Source of the DNA: a virus
Taxonomy: Duplodnaviria > Caudoviricetes
IMG/VR virus record: IMGVR_UViG_3300031511_000001
Location: 1-62,190 of that record
DNA length: 62,190 nt
Reading direction: 5' to 3' (one strand)
Part shown: positions 17,410 to 26,781 of the stretch, piece by piece
Position numbering within the stretch: position 1 is the stretch's first letter
Layout of the letters: the number at the start of each line of letters is the position of its first letter
Program-made: the position numbers and the translations under genes
The notes under the pieces: generated by a model
Told to the model about the DNA's origin: nothing
What the model saw: only the letters and a program-made list of their open reading frames with translations
Databases searched by the model: none

Positions 17410-17925
17410 TCACGCCTGCCGATATCGCGGCGGCAGGATCAGCCCACGCTTGCGCGAGTAGCGGTCTGGGCGTGCGAGTGTCGGGCGCCCAAAGCGGCGC
17501 TCCTCTGGGGCGGTCTGTGGCAAGATGATGCCGACGCGGCCGGTCTTGGCCTTCTCCATCTTGTCGAGAATGTCGAGAATCATGGCGAGCTGGGCCGACA
17601 GCTTCACGAAGGCTTCGTTGAGCGTTCCGGCTCTCCACGCGATGAACACGACAGTATTGCCGACGCGCTTGGTGTAGCCGCGCAGCCAGCCGCCGGCGCG
17701 GCGGTGAGCTTCAGCCATTTCCATGCCGAACGGCAGCCAACGCGAATCCCCGCGCCACATGGCCATCTGGCGACAGGCCCCCTCGACCAGCGCCAGGTTG
17801 TCGCGCAACCGGTCATAGGCTTCGCCGCCGCGTGAGCGCACCGCCAGATCGTTACTGGCCTGAATGGCCTCGCGCAGGGACGTGCGCATGCGGTCGAGGA
17901 TTTCGTGTTCGAGAAGATCGCTCAT
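17410..17925 (-). CDS. hypothetical protein downstream of portal
   Basis: 171-aa ORF abutting the portal stop. Confidence 0.6.
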   Translation of the reverse strand: MSDLLEHEILDRMRTSLREAIQASNDLAVRSRGGEAYDRLRDNLALVEGACRQMAMWRGDSRWLPFGMEMAEAHRRAGGWLRGYTKRVGNTVVFIAWRAGTLNEAFVKLSAQLAMILDILDKMEKAKTGRVGIILPQTAPEERRFGRPTLARPDRYSRKRGLILPPRYRQA

Positions 17926-19770
17926 TTATGCTCCAGCACCCGATCCGATTACACTGTCGAGAAGCGATCCGCCGCCGCCACCCGCGCCCGCTTGAATTTG
18001 CGTCTCGCTCATCACTTTGGCGCCCTGAACGGCGGCCATCGCATCCGGGACGGCCTGGGCCATCTGCTCCTGCTTTGCCCTGGCATCGTCCGACTTCTTG
18101 ACCTCGCCGATGGTGAACCACAGATCCTCATCGAAATCGTTGAGGCTACCGTAGCGCCGATACGCCTTGTCAAGGTTGAGGTTGCGCAGCGGGTCCGGCA
18201 ACCCGGCGTTGCGCGCCGCGGCCGACATGACGCCGCCGACCTGCAGAACGTCTTTCATTGACACGGATTCGCTCGACCGCTGCGCCAGTCGCATGATCGA
18301 CACGAAGTTGATGCGGAAGGGAATGCCGGTCAACGATGGCGGGATCGGCGCGAGGATGCGGCGCTGCATCATGATGTCGAACAGGCGCTTGAGCATCTTG
18401 CCGAGTTCTGTTTCGGCCAGATGCACGACCGGGCCGAGTTCCTGCAGGCGCTCCTGGTTGCGCTGGGTCAGTTCTAGCTCGTTGCGCGGCTGCACGCCTT
18501 CCATGCGCGTGATCGCCATGAACAGATCGACAAACAGGCATCGCTCGATGCGCGCGTTGACCTTGTCAATGTCCTGGGTGAGCGCCTGAAGCCATTGCGG
18601 ATGCGGCTCGAACAGCGGCCAGAAGCCGCGATTCTGCCCGCTGGCAGTGACGTAAGTCACATTGCCAGGGACAATCGAGGCCGGCTCGTTCTTGAGCGAC
18701 GGATCGGCGCCCATCGGCGGCCGCACGCCTTTCTCGATAAATTCGGCCTTCCGCAATGTTTCGAGTTGCACCTGCTTGTTGTCGCCGAGTGCGTCCATCG
18801 CCGGCGAGCGGCCATAGGCGTCATTGGCGACGGTCGACCAGCGGAAGGTGAAGAACGGCGACGACCGGAAACCGTTGGCCTCAAGCGGCTGCTCGCCGGT
18901 CATGCCCTTGACCCAGTAGACTTCGCGCCACGTGAATTCTTCCGGCACAAGCCGGAATTGACCGCCATTGCCGTCGTCGAATGGATAGTTGGGCTCGATC
19001 GAATGGCAGACGACAAATTCGGTTTCGAGCGCGGCGCCGCCGTTCTGCCAGAGCCTTTGCACTTCCTGCGGCACCTGCTCGACCTGCCAGCGCCCGACGA
19101 TCTGCTTGACCGTATAGGTGAATTCGCGATTGAAGGTGTCGACGGTCAGGCGCGGGCCGATCGCGAGGTAATACTCGCCGGCGGCCGGCAGATAGAAGCG
19201 CACGACGTCCTCGAAATCCTCGTACATGACCGGTGGCGCGGTGCCGAACAGGGCCACATCCTCGAACGCCTGGGCCATGACGGTGTAGAAGTTCGATCCG
19301 TGCAGAACCGCATAGGCTTTTTGCTGGCTGTCCTCGATCCACGCCTTGGCGTCAGAGTCAAGCTCTTCCTGGGGAATAGCCGTCTCGATCTCGAACCACG
19401 GGCGCGACGGACTGGTCAATCCTGTCCACATGCCGGCCCCGCACACGCGGAGCGCCTGCAGGCCGGTCGAATCGATGATCTGGTCGTTGATCGAGTTGCC
19501 GCGCCACATGCGATTTGCAGTGACGAGCCAGAGATAACGCCGCGGATTGAAGAAAGCAGCCAGAACCGACCAATAGGTCCACCACGAATAGCGCCAGTTG
19601 CGTAGGGCGCCGAGGGTAGATTCGAGCTTGCCATAGGCGATGCCCCATTCCTTTTTCAGTCGGTCGCGAGATTTGACCGGTGTCACCGGCTGCTGGGCAA
19701 GAAGACTCGGCCCCATGTAAAGGCTGGATGGATCCTGATCGGTCGGGGCGGCGGGGAGATCAAGCGCCAT
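17926..19770 (-). CDS. portal (head-tail connector) protein
   Basis: 614 aa; IIDSTG...GLTSPSRPWF...SNFY...YGRSPAMDALGD...ERLQELGPV; BPP-1/T7-type connector. Confidence 0.9.
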   Translation of the reverse strand: MALDLPAAPTDQDPSSLYMGPSLLAQQPVTPVKSRDRLKKEWGIAYGKLESTLGALRNWRYSWWTYWSVLAAFFNPRRYLWLVTANRMWRGNSINDQIIDSTGLQALRVCGAGMWTGLTSPSRPWFEIETAIPQEELDSDAKAWIEDSQQKAYAVLHGSNFYTVMAQAFEDVALFGTAPPVMYEDFEDVVRFYLPAAGEYYLAIGPRLTVDTFNREFTYTVKQIVGRWQVEQVPQEVQRLWQNGGAALETEFVVCHSIEPNYPFDDGNGGQFRLVPEEFTWREVYWVKGMTGEQPLEANGFRSSPFFTFRWSTVANDAYGRSPAMDALGDNKQVQLETLRKAEFIEKGVRPPMGADPSLKNEPASIVPGNVTYVTASGQNRGFWPLFEPHPQWLQALTQDIDKVNARIERCLFVDLFMAITRMEGVQPRNELELTQRNQERLQELGPVVHLAETELGKMLKRLFDIMMQRRILAPIPPSLTGIPFRINFVSIMRLAQRSSESVSMKDVLQVGGVMSAAARNAGLPDPLRNLNLDKAYRRYGSLNDFDEDLWFTIGEVKKSDDARAKQEQMAQAVPDAMAAVQGAKVMSETQIQAGAGGGGGSLLDSVIGSGAGA

Positions 19771-19960
19771 CTTTTGGCCTCACGGATTGCAGGGACGGTG
19801 AAGCGACGGCGGTGGCGTTGCCTCGGGCGTCGATCTCGTAGGGAGGGTATTTCCCTGACTTGTCGGCGACAATCACATGTCCGTGGAAAGACGCCATCGT
19901 CCATTCGCCATCGGACGGAATGCCCTTGATCGGCTTCATGCCGGGCCGAGCTTCAATCAT
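19760..19960 (-). CDS. hypothetical protein
   Basis: ATGA overlap with the upstream gene. Confidence 0.45.
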   Translation of the reverse strand: MIEARPGMKPIKGIPSDGEWTMASFHGHVIVADKSGKYPPYEIDARGNATAVASPSLQSVRPKDGA

Positions 19961-20223
19961 CCGCCGAACACCGAAGATGCCGGCATCGAGGGAACGAGCG
20001 TCGGCTGGGTTGTCGTGCCTCCAGTGGAGCCGCGGGAGCTTGTCTTGACCGTGCGCCCAAAGCCGCCGAAGCCGCCTTTGCCACCGGTGCCAGCAACGGC
20101 AGCAGCGGCAAGCCGCGCGCTCTGGGCTGCGGTCTGGGCGGTGCCGCTGGCGAGCGTGGCCGGTGCGGGCGGAGGCGGCGGAGGCGGCGGAGCGGCGGGT
20201 GCGGAGGGAAAAAGGAAGGACAT
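19957..20223 (-). CDS. small Pro-rich virion protein preceding portal
   Basis: MSFLFPSAPAAPPPPPPPPAP; position typical of podophage pre-portal proteins. Confidence 0.6.
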   Translation of the reverse strand: MSFLFPSAPAAPPPPPPPPAPATLASGTAQTAAQSARLAAAAVAGTGGKGGFGGFGRTVKTSSRGSTGGTTTQPTLVPSMPASSVFGG

Positions 20224-20232
20224 GGAGAAACC

Positions 20233-20490
20233 TCAAATCAGGAGGGCGATGCCAGCAGCGGCGCCGAGAGCCACGGAAGACAAAAAGAAAAACGACGAGA
20301 TTGCTGATTGAAGTACAACGCTTTCAGCGCCCTTGACCGCATCCGAGATTGCAGGGGTCAAATAGCACAACCCGAACGTCGCAACGGCCAGCTTCCACGC
20401 CAGATCGTGGCCCGTGACCATTCCCGCGATAAACACCGCCGTCAGGTAAAGCGCCGAATTCACGATGATGGCGAGATAGTTCCAGTTCAT
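20233..20490 (-). CDS. membrane protein (about 3 TM segments)
   Basis: Three hydrophobic segments. Confidence 0.55.
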   Translation of the reverse strand: MNWNYLAIIVNSALYLTAVFIAGMVTGHDLAWKLAVATFGLCYLTPAISDAVKGAESVVLQSAISSFFFLSSVALGAAAGIALLI

Positions 20491-20542
20491 GACGGTTGCC
20501 TTTCGAAGCTGCGCGGATGATACGCGCCAGCCCCGCATAGGG

Positions 20543-21364
20543 TCAAGAACGCTTGAACGGGTCGTAATCCGGCGACAGGGACGAGGTTGGTTGGCGCTGA
20601 TCGGTCTGCGTCGCGTAGGGGTTCCAGTCCTGTTGCAGGGCGCGTGCCGTACGCGATGGAGTGAGGACTGCGCGGTTGATTGTGGCGACGTCGATGCCGC
20701 TCATGACCAAGTAGCGCAAATCGTCCATCAGATGGTCGTTCTCCTTGACGATATGTCCCTTCTCGTCGCGCCGATAGATGCGAAACTCGGCCAGGAGATT
20801 ACGCAGGTTCGAGAACACGCGCAGGCGCCCGGTGCTGAGACGCATCCAGACCTCGTAAATCCCGGCCTCGACCGCGTTGTCGGCCAGCGTCAGATTGAGG
20901 CCGAGCGACTGATAAGTGCGAAGCAACTGCTCGCCGTCGTGCTGGCTGCGCCCGCGAGATGCCGGATCGATCACACCAGGGATCCAATCACCTCGAGCGC
21001 GGATGGCCGCGGCATGAACCGCAGGCTCGGCTTGCCCGCGATAGTGCTCGGCGTAGAGATAGAGCACGTCATCCTCGGGAGATAGCGCTCCCCAGAGTGC
21101 GGCGGTCCTCTTCCATCCAACATCAAGAGCGTAGGCGCGCGGGAAGTATGGCGGAAGCGCAAAAGGCTCGACGATGATGTCGGTTTCCGGAACGGGATAA
21201 ATCTGCCCGGCGCCAAGCTGGGGGATGCCCTTCGATCGCGCGTCGCGCTGATGCGGCGGTATCGATGCCCAGAGCTTTTCCTTGGCCTCCTGAGTGAGGT
21301 GTGGCGCGTCATCCCAGGTCGCCTGCACAAGCGCGCGTGTCGGCTTCTGATCGTCGTCGCTCAT
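20543..21364 (-). CDS. terL: terminase large subunit, C-terminal nuclease domain (separate ORF)
   Basis: WDDAPHL...RDARSKGIP...ALDVGW...ENDHLMDDLRY (P22 gp2-like); own GAGGA RBS and ATGA overlap. Confidence 0.85.
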   Translation of the reverse strand: MSDDDQKPTRALVQATWDDAPHLTQEAKEKLWASIPPHQRDARSKGIPQLGAGQIYPVPETDIIVEPFALPPYFPRAYALDVGWKRTAALWGALSPEDDVLYLYAEHYRGQAEPAVHAAAIRARGDWIPGVIDPASRGRSQHDGEQLLRTYQSLGLNLTLADNAVEAGIYEVWMRLSTGRLRVFSNLRNLLAEFRIYRRDEKGHIVKENDHLMDDLRYLVMSGIDVATINRAVLTPSRTARALQQDWNPYATQTDQRQPTSSLSPDYDPFKRS

Positions 21365-22110
21365 GTGCCGTATTCCTCGCCGATTGTTTCCTGTGGCGCT
21401 AGGTGAGGCATATACCTCAGCGCTATCTCGCTCAATCCGAGAAGCGGTGTGAAGGTGACAAGCATGATGCCGTTTGTGGTCATCAAACGGACCATGCACT
21501 CGTCATAGACGTCGGCCGGTGGCTCCTCGTCGAGCCAGATGCCGTGCTTTTTGGTCCCCTGAAATTTGCGCCGCTTCTGATCGAAGCTTTTGAATCCAAG
21601 CAGGCTATCGCCGCCGCTGGCGTGCCTGATGACAACCTGATCGATCGCATCGGAGATGCCTCGGCGACCGGTAGCGTTGATGATCCTGTCGCTTGGGATC
21701 ATGCCATGCCCGAACTGGCCGGCGGGCCCCATGAGTTCGGCCTGCACGACGTCGCGTGTCGTCTCGCCCGTGTCGCCAGCCGCCCACCATTCGACAGGAT
21801 GGGAAAATCGGCGCCCTGCCCACCAGTCCGGGTATTCTCCAGTCAGATGCAACGCAGTTTCAAATGCTCCGGCAATACTCTTGCCTACTCTGTTCGCTGC
21901 CATGAAGGCTCGTTCTTGGAATTTACTTCCAAGCTCAAAGAACTGCATATGCTTTACATACAATTCTCTTCGAAGCGGCCCCGCTGCCGGAAAGAGCGAG
22001 CTAATTCGGCTTCGCGCCAGGTACTGGTCCGTCTCCGTCAAAAGCGCTTCCCGCTCCTGCGGCGACAAGGAGTTGACGAAGCTCTTCAAGTCGATCTGGG
22101 GGGATTCCAT
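21361..22110 (-). CDS. terL: terminase large subunit, N-terminal ATPase domain
   Basis: AANRVGKS Walker A; WLDEEP Walker B; TFTPLLG coupling motif. Confidence 0.85.
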   Translation of the reverse strand: MESPQIDLKSFVNSLSPQEREALLTETDQYLARSRISSLFPAAGPLRRELYVKHMQFFELGSKFQERAFMAANRVGKSIAGAFETALHLTGEYPDWWAGRRFSHPVEWWAAGDTGETTRDVVQAELMGPAGQFGHGMIPSDRIINATGRRGISDAIDQVVIRHASGGDSLLGFKSFDQKRRKFQGTKKHGIWLDEEPPADVYDECMVRLMTTNGIMLVTFTPLLGLSEIALRYMPHLAPQETIGEEYGT

Positions 22111-22462
22111 CGAGGTTTCCAGCACGGATTTCCTTCTTGTCGACGAACATGCCGATCTGCTTGCCCAGTAGTTCAAGCGCCCTGTTGGCTGGCCCGCGCT
22201 GACCTTCCGTCATGGCCGCCAGTGCGTTTTCGATCAGCTTTTCGAGCACCCATACCGGCTCAAGGTTTATCCCCTTGGCGGTGCGCGCGACAAGCTCGTC
22301 GATGCGCTCGCGGATCTCCGGGTGCGTCGTGATGAGGCGCGAGGCGTTCGCCGCGGCGTTCTTCGCCGTGAAGCCCGCCAGTCGGTACGCATCGGCCTGG
22401 GTCTTGCCGGAGGCGACGAATTGAGCGACGAGCTCGTAGCGGGGGTTTTCGAGGGCGGGCAT
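22001..22462 (-). CDS. terS: terminase small subunit
   Basis: TQADAYRLAGF...ASRL HTH; ALELLGKQIGMF. Confidence 0.8.
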   Translation of the reverse strand: MPALENPRYELVAQFVASGKTQADAYRLAGFTAKNAAANASRLITTHPEIRERIDELVARTAKGINLEPVWVLEKLIENALAAMTEGQRGPANRALELLGKQIGMFVDKKEIRAGNLDGIPPDRLEELRQLLVAAGAGSAFDGDGPVPGAKPN

Positions 22463-22466
22463 CAGG

Positions 22467-22895
22467 TCAGTCTTTCAGTTCCGCCAAAACTTCATCAGGG
22501 CTGATACAGATGCGATCTGCCAAAAGGGCCATTAGCTCGGGCTCCTCGCCGTCCTGCGTCAGGATGAGTGTGCGCTTGCCGTTTCCAGCCATCCAGCCAA
22601 GTTCCAGATGGGCAGATCGTCCGCATGGAAGCACCAGCAATCCGGTATCAGCCCATCGCATTGCCGCGAAGTCGGCATTGAAGCCTTGAGCGGCACGAGG
22701 GTGCGTTAAAAGTGCGTTGCGGTATTCCTCGGCCGTGCAGGTTTTTGCGTCCAGTCCTATTTCGCTCCAAGCAAAGCCTGTAGAGTTTGGCGGATTGCGG
22801 AAGTCGTAAACCTGATGGCCGTTCTGCCTCAGCAAATCGACGAGCCATGGCTGATGTGGATTGCGCCACGAGGAAGCCAGATAAATGCGTCTCAT
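22467..22895 (-). CDS. nucleoside 2-deoxyribosyltransferase-like protein
   Basis: IYLASSW...D...AD...SAHLELGW motifs. Confidence 0.7.
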   Translation of the reverse strand: MRRIYLASSWRNPHQPWLVDLLRQNGHQVYDFRNPPNSTGFAWSEIGLDAKTCTAEEYRNALLTHPRAAQGFNADFAAMRWADTGLLVLPCGRSAHLELGWMAGNGKRTLILTQDGEEPELMALLADRICISPDEVLAELKD

Positions 22896-23284
22896 GCGTG
22901 CCCGCCTTCCTCGGCCTTGAACGTGTTGACCGTGTGATAGCCGCCGGTCTGCGTCGCGCTCATCGTCTCCTGGAAGCTCTTGGACATCCATCCGTTGAGC
23001 AGGTTGACCTCGTCGGGCGTCGCGCAGGAGCTGACCATTGAGGCGTAGACGAGGCCAATCGCTGCACCGGCGGCGCTGATCTGCTCATCGCGGCTGCAAC
23101 CTTCGTTCTCGGCGCGCATGCCGCCAAGGGTGAACTGCAGGCGCGCGTCGTGAAAGCATTCCTGGGCGCGGACAAACCCATGCTCGGCTTTGCCCTCCTC
23201 GACCATGCGCTTCATGGCATCGCCCTGATGGGCGAGCGATTCCCGCATCGCCTTCTCGGCTGCGGTCAGATCAAAGTGGGGCAT
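22892..23284 (-). CDS. hypothetical protein
   Basis: Coupled ORF. Confidence 0.55.
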   Translation of the reverse strand: MPHFDLTAAEKAMRESLAHQGDAMKRMVEEGKAEHGFVRAQECFHDARLQFTLGGMRAENEGCSRDEQISAAGAAIGLVYASMVSSCATPDEVNLLNGWMSKSFQETMSATQTGGYHTVNTFKAEEGGHA

Positions 23285-23474
23285 TTGCTTCCTCGGCGGC
23301 CTCGTAGGTGATGGCTTTGATACACACTTCGGCAACGGCCTCCAGGTCGAAGTCGCCGTCTAGGCCAAAAAAGCTCGGGTCCGCGTGGCAAGATTGCGTC
23401 CACGAGATGCCTTCACGGCCCTGGCGATAGAGTTCATCGCGAATCCGCTTTGCCAATTCGACTTTGTCGATCAT
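23271..23474 (-). CDS. hypothetical protein
   Basis: Coupled ORF with RBS. Confidence 0.5.
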   Translation of the reverse strand: MIDKVELAKRIRDELYRQGREGISWTQSCHADPSFFGLDGDFDLEAVAEVCIKAITYEAAEEANAPL

Positions 23475-23692
23475 TTCCCCTCCTTTGGCCTTTGTGGCGT
23501 GTACCATCCTATATATCGGCCCGGCCAAAGTTTCACGATTCGCTGCCCTTTTGGCCTCCATCCACACAGATCGAGGGACAGTTGCGCAGCGATGTAGGGA
23601 ATATCGAGGTGCCACGTCCGCTTGCCATCGCGCATTTTGAGTGCGCGGCTGGTGAGCCAGTAGAGATGAAACTCATGGCCGGCAATTTTCAT
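23471..23692 (-). CDS. hypothetical protein
   Basis: ATGA overlap; GGAGGAG RBS. Confidence 0.5.
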   Translation of the reverse strand: MKIAGHEFHLYWLTSRALKMRDGKRTWHLDIPYIAAQLSLDLCGWRPKGQRIVKLWPGRYIGWYTPQRPKEGK

Positions 23693-23877
23693 TTCTCCTC
23701 CTTCGGCGCACGCTCCAACTCGAAGCGGTGGCACACTTTTGGTCCATCTTCGTCCCACTCGACCGTCGACCAGTTGGTCTCTGGATCGAATTTCTTGAGC
23801 ACGCCTTCTGCGGACGGTTTGCCACGCAGGCGCACACGGTCGCCGCGTTCAGGCGTGTTGGGAGGCGCTTTGCTCAT
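23689..23877 (-). CDS. small SH3-like protein
   Basis: GDRVRLRG...GVL...STVEWD. Confidence 0.5.
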   Translation of the reverse strand: MSKAPPNTPERGDRVRLRGKPSAEGVLKKFDPETNWSTVEWDEDGPKVCHRFELERAPKEEK

Positions 23878-24076
23878 TTTTCGGCACATGCTCCTTGCAG
23901 TACCAGGTTCCAAACTTCTCGCGCCGCATGTCGGCGCCAAAACCATACGTGGCGTCTATGTTGCCACAAACTGAGCACGGATGCCAGAAAATTGGGCCGC
24001 CTTTTGAGCCGTCGGCGCGCGTGTAGCTGCGCATGCGCGGCTTGCGGTCATCTGTGAAGCGCGGAGGTATTTTCAT
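23849..24076 (-). CDS. small Zn-binding hypothetical protein
   Basis: HPCSVCG...WYCKEH. Confidence 0.55.
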   Translation of the reverse strand: MKIPPRFTDDRKPRMRSYTRADGSKGGPIFWHPCSVCGNIDATYGFGADMRREKFGTWYCKEHVPKNEQSASQHA

Positions 24077-24259
24077 CGTCAAAGAGTGCCATAAAGAAAT
24101 TTAAACGAATGGCCCTTTCCCACTTCGGCGTCGGCTTGATACGGCCAATAGGACAGTGACGGCGTTGCTGGTTAGTATATTCGGTAGAGCCCGGTGAAAA
24201 ACCACCGTAGGCCGCCTTGAACCAACAAAGATAGGGATCTTGATGCGAGCCCATGATCT

Positions 24260-24628
24260 TCAATCTCCCTTGCGCGGATCGGGCTTGCGCCCCTCGACCA
24301 GGCAGCGGACGTAGTGGTCGACGCTCTTGTAGCGCGGCACTTCGCACACATGGCCCGGCTTGATGACGCCATCGCTTTTCGGCAGCAGGAAGTTCCAATG
24401 CTCAGGCGTCAATCTCGACTCCTCGTCGAGCCACGTCATTTTCTCGGGAAGATCCCTGGCGCGGTCCAGATCTTCCTGATGAGCTTCCTCGGGGCCGAGT
24501 CTCACGCTTCGCGGGTCCAGACGCCTCTCAGCGCCATTCGGAAGGATGCGCAGAAAGCCACAGCCCAACAGCCTTGCATCTTCCTGAGCGAGCAGCCTTT
24601 CGGCGAAATTGTTTGTTGATTTGTCCAT
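24260..24628 (-). CDS. hypothetical protein
   Basis: AGGAG RBS before MDKSTNN. Confidence 0.5.
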   Translation of the reverse strand: MDKSTNNFAERLLAQEDARLLGCGFLRILPNGAERRLDPRSVRLGPEEAHQEDLDRARDLPEKMTWLDEESRLTPEHWNFLLPKSDGVIKPGHVCEVPRYKSVDHYVRCLVEGRKPDPRKGD

Positions 24629-24795
24629 GGCGCTTCTCCTGTCTTTGCCTGTGAAAATCCCGCCGGGCTGGTCTTCATCCACCCGGCGGGATTGCGTTCA
24701 GCTCGCAGGCGCCGGAGCGCCGAGAGGCCAGTGTTACGCACTGAGCGAGCCACGTTCGCCGCTGTTATTTGCGCCACCTGCGGCTGGGCTATGGA

Positions 24796-25014
24796 TCATC
24801 GGCGCACTAGCAACGCTTCGCCGGTCTTCTGATGGTGATGACCGAGCTTGTGCTTCTTCTCATAGCGTTCGAGCGCGAACCTGAAATCAGGGCCATCACG
24901 GCCGTCTACCTTGGCGCCGATGAGCTTCTGGATTTCCTCGATCGCCTCCCTGGACAGCGACGAGATGCGCTGGCCCTTGAAGCGCGAGAAGTGCATGTCG
25001 CCGTTGCAGCTCAT
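24796..25014 (-). CDS. hypothetical protein
   Basis: ATGA overlap with the DUF2829 gene. Confidence 0.45.
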   Translation of the reverse strand: MSCNGDMHFSRFKGQRISSLSREAIEEIQKLIGAKVDGRDGPDFRFALERYEKKHKLGHHHQKTGEALLVRR

Positions 25015-25280
25015 GCCAGCGTCACCTCTTCCCAGTCGTCGGCCAGCATGTCGGCCTGCGACGCCAGCCACGGCACGATGTAGCCCTGGGCGGTCTTCAT
25101 GTCGATGTGGGCGTGATACTGCACTTCAGTGCCTTCGCCGAGGATCGACAACAACGGCTCGCGGTTCACCTTGAACACGCTGCCGGGCACGAGAAAGACG
25201 AACATGCCTTTGCCGTTCCAGCCGGCGCGCTGATAGCGACGCCCCTGCTTCAGTCCTTCGATAACCTTGCCGAAATCCAT
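25011..25280 (-). CDS. DUF2829 / Tad2-like protein (possible Thoeris anti-defence sponge)
   Basis: MDFGKVIEGLKQG...RAGWNGKGMF...PWLASQADMLADDW family signature. Confidence 0.8.
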   Translation of the reverse strand: MDFGKVIEGLKQGRRYQRAGWNGKGMFVFLVPGSVFKVNREPLLSILGEGTEVQYHAHIDMKTAQGYIVPWLASQADMLADDWEEVTLA

Positions 25281-25298
25281 TGTGCATCTCCCTTTGTG

Positions 25299-25337
25299 TG
25301 TTGCGTCAAAATATGCCCGTCGCGACGGTTGCGTCAA
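25299..25337 (-). promoter_or_regulatory. tandem TTGACGCAAC operator/promoter boxes upstream of the DUF2829 gene
   Basis: TGTTGCGTCAA (25299-25309) and GGTTGCGTCAA (25327-25337); same motif as at 26726 and 35789. Confidence 0.5.
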
Positions 25338-25465
25338 GCGCAGATCGCGAGCGTGAAGACAAACGAGCCGACGAACACCAGCGCGCCGAGAATGATCGCA
25401 TCAAGCCGCGTGAAGCGCCCGAGCCAGGTCGGCATTGTGTCGGTGCATAGCCATTGCCAGAGCAT
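25334..25465 (-). CDS. small membrane peptide
   Basis: 43 aa with a hydrophobic C-terminus; GGAGG RBS. Confidence 0.4.
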   Translation of the reverse strand: MLWQWLCTDTMPTWLGRFTRLDAIILGALVFVGSFVFTLAICA

Positions 25466-25845
25466 CACTTGCCCTCCTGTTCGTGGTAGGCGGAAAGAGT
25501 TGGCTGCAACTCATCAGCTAGACCAACAATTCGGTTGTATCGCTTCTGATATCCTTCGGCCCATTGAGTGGATGGTCCGGCCCAATAAGGCTGCTTTGAA
25601 ACTTCATCGACAAAATCCATCATCTGGCGCATCAGCGCAGATTTGCTCTCAGCCTCATCCCGAAGTGTGGCAATTTCCTTCATTGTCTCGTTGCATTCAG
25701 TATCAAGCTCCGCAATTTGCGCCTGGTCGCGGTCGCGCTCGTTGATGAGGGCCAAGATAACCGAACTCGCCAGCGTTATGCTTGATAACTCGGTGCAGAG
25801 ATTCTTGAGCGCGTCGATTTCGACCTGTATCAGTTTCTCGGTCAT
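25465..25845 (-). CDS. hypothetical coiled-coil protein
   Basis: Coupled ORF. Confidence 0.55.
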   Translation of the reverse strand: MTEKLIQVEIDALKNLCTELSSITLASSVILALINERDRDQAQIAELDTECNETMKEIATLRDEAESKSALMRQMMDFVDEVSKQPYWAGPSTQWAEGYQKRYNRIVGLADELQPTLSAYHEQEGK

Positions 25846-26201
25846 GATTGACGTCCTGCCTTAGTAAGTGCGTAGGAACGCATCTCCCACCACTTGAGGT
25901 AGTCGGCGATGAATCGCTCGCTTTCGAAGCCGGCGTGTCCGTGATATTTCGAGAGTATCGGAGCGCTTTCCAGGGCTTCATACATGGTTGGCGCGGCGGC
26001 TAAAAGCTGGGCGTTGGCGCGCTGCTCGGCCTTGGTGATGAACCGCGCTTCTGCTGATCGCGTGTCTTCATCGTCGCGAGGAACGCTCGCGATGCATGTC
26101 CACTCGTAGGCTTCCTTATTGGCCTCGACGATCCACAAGCCAATGTCGGAACCCATAGGGTCTTCGACAGACCACGGCCCAGGCGTGAATTTCGTGTTCA
26201 T
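25842..26201 (-). CDS. conserved phage protein (TPGPW...ANAxLxAAAP family)
   Basis: FTPGPW...ANAQLLAAAPTMYEAL. Confidence 0.7.
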   Translation of the reverse strand: MNTKFTPGPWSVEDPMGSDIGLWIVEANKEAYEWTCIASVPRDDEDTRSAEARFITKAEQRANAQLLAAAPTMYEALESAPILSKYHGHAGFESERFIADYLKWWEMRSYALTKAGRQS

Positions 26202-26210
26202 GCCTCTCTC

Positions 26211-26513
26211 CTACTTTTTCGCCAACGCCGGATCATACCGACGCAGCGGGTTGACGTGAAAGCCGAGCTCGCCGCACAGGGCATTTTCTTCGGCTTCGGT
26301 GAGGCGCTGGACGGGCGGCGCGACGAGCGCCTGGGTGCGCCACATGATGGCACTGCGCCGATAGGCCGCTTCGGCCTTCAGGTTGCCTTCAGCGGCCGCC
26401 TTGTTGGCCTCCTCGAGGTCGGCAGCTTCCCGCGCGAACAGGAACCCACGCTGGTCGGTGTCGACAATATCGCCGTTCGGGCGCCGAAAGGTGCCGAGGA
26501 ATTGCTCGTTCAT
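26211..26513 (-). CDS. hypothetical protein
   Basis: GGAGG RBS; ATGA overlap. Confidence 0.55.
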   Translation of the reverse strand: MNEQFLGTFRRPNGDIVDTDQRGFLFAREAADLEEANKAAAEGNLKAEAAYRRSAIMWRTQALVAPPVQRLTEAEENALCGELGFHVNPLRRYDPALAKK

Positions 26514-26686
26514 TTCTCAACCTCCTTCTGCAGCGTCGCGAGCTGCGTCTTGATGATCCGCTGATCGCGTTCGAGCGCATAGAGCCGGTTCTCGATCGCG
26601 TCCAGGCGCTCGTCCATCAGGGCGAAGCGGGAGAGCATCTCAGCCTCGAGCTCCGTGGCTGCCTGTTCGGTCTTGGTCTTGGTCAT
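26510..26686 (-). CDS. small coiled-coil protein
   Basis: First gene left of the divergent promoter; GAGGGA RBS. Confidence 0.55.
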   Translation of the reverse strand: MTKTKTEQAATELEAEMLSRFALMDERLDAIENRLYALERDQRIIKTQLATLQKEVEK

Positions 26687-26703
26687 CTTGTCCCTCTTTT
26701 TTC

Positions 26704-26764
26704 TCACAAAACACACATAAGCATGTTGACACAACATGTCAAGCTCCCTATATATGTTTTGTGA
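26704..26764. promoter_or_regulatory. symmetric divergent sigma70 promoter pair
   Basis: Plus: TTGACA(26726)-N17-TATATA(26749). Mirror TTGACA on minus (26737-26742). Outer inverted repeat TCACAAAACA/TGTTTTGTGA; all centred on 26734. Confidence 0.7.
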
Positions 26765-26781
26765 ATGGAAGGAAAGATACG

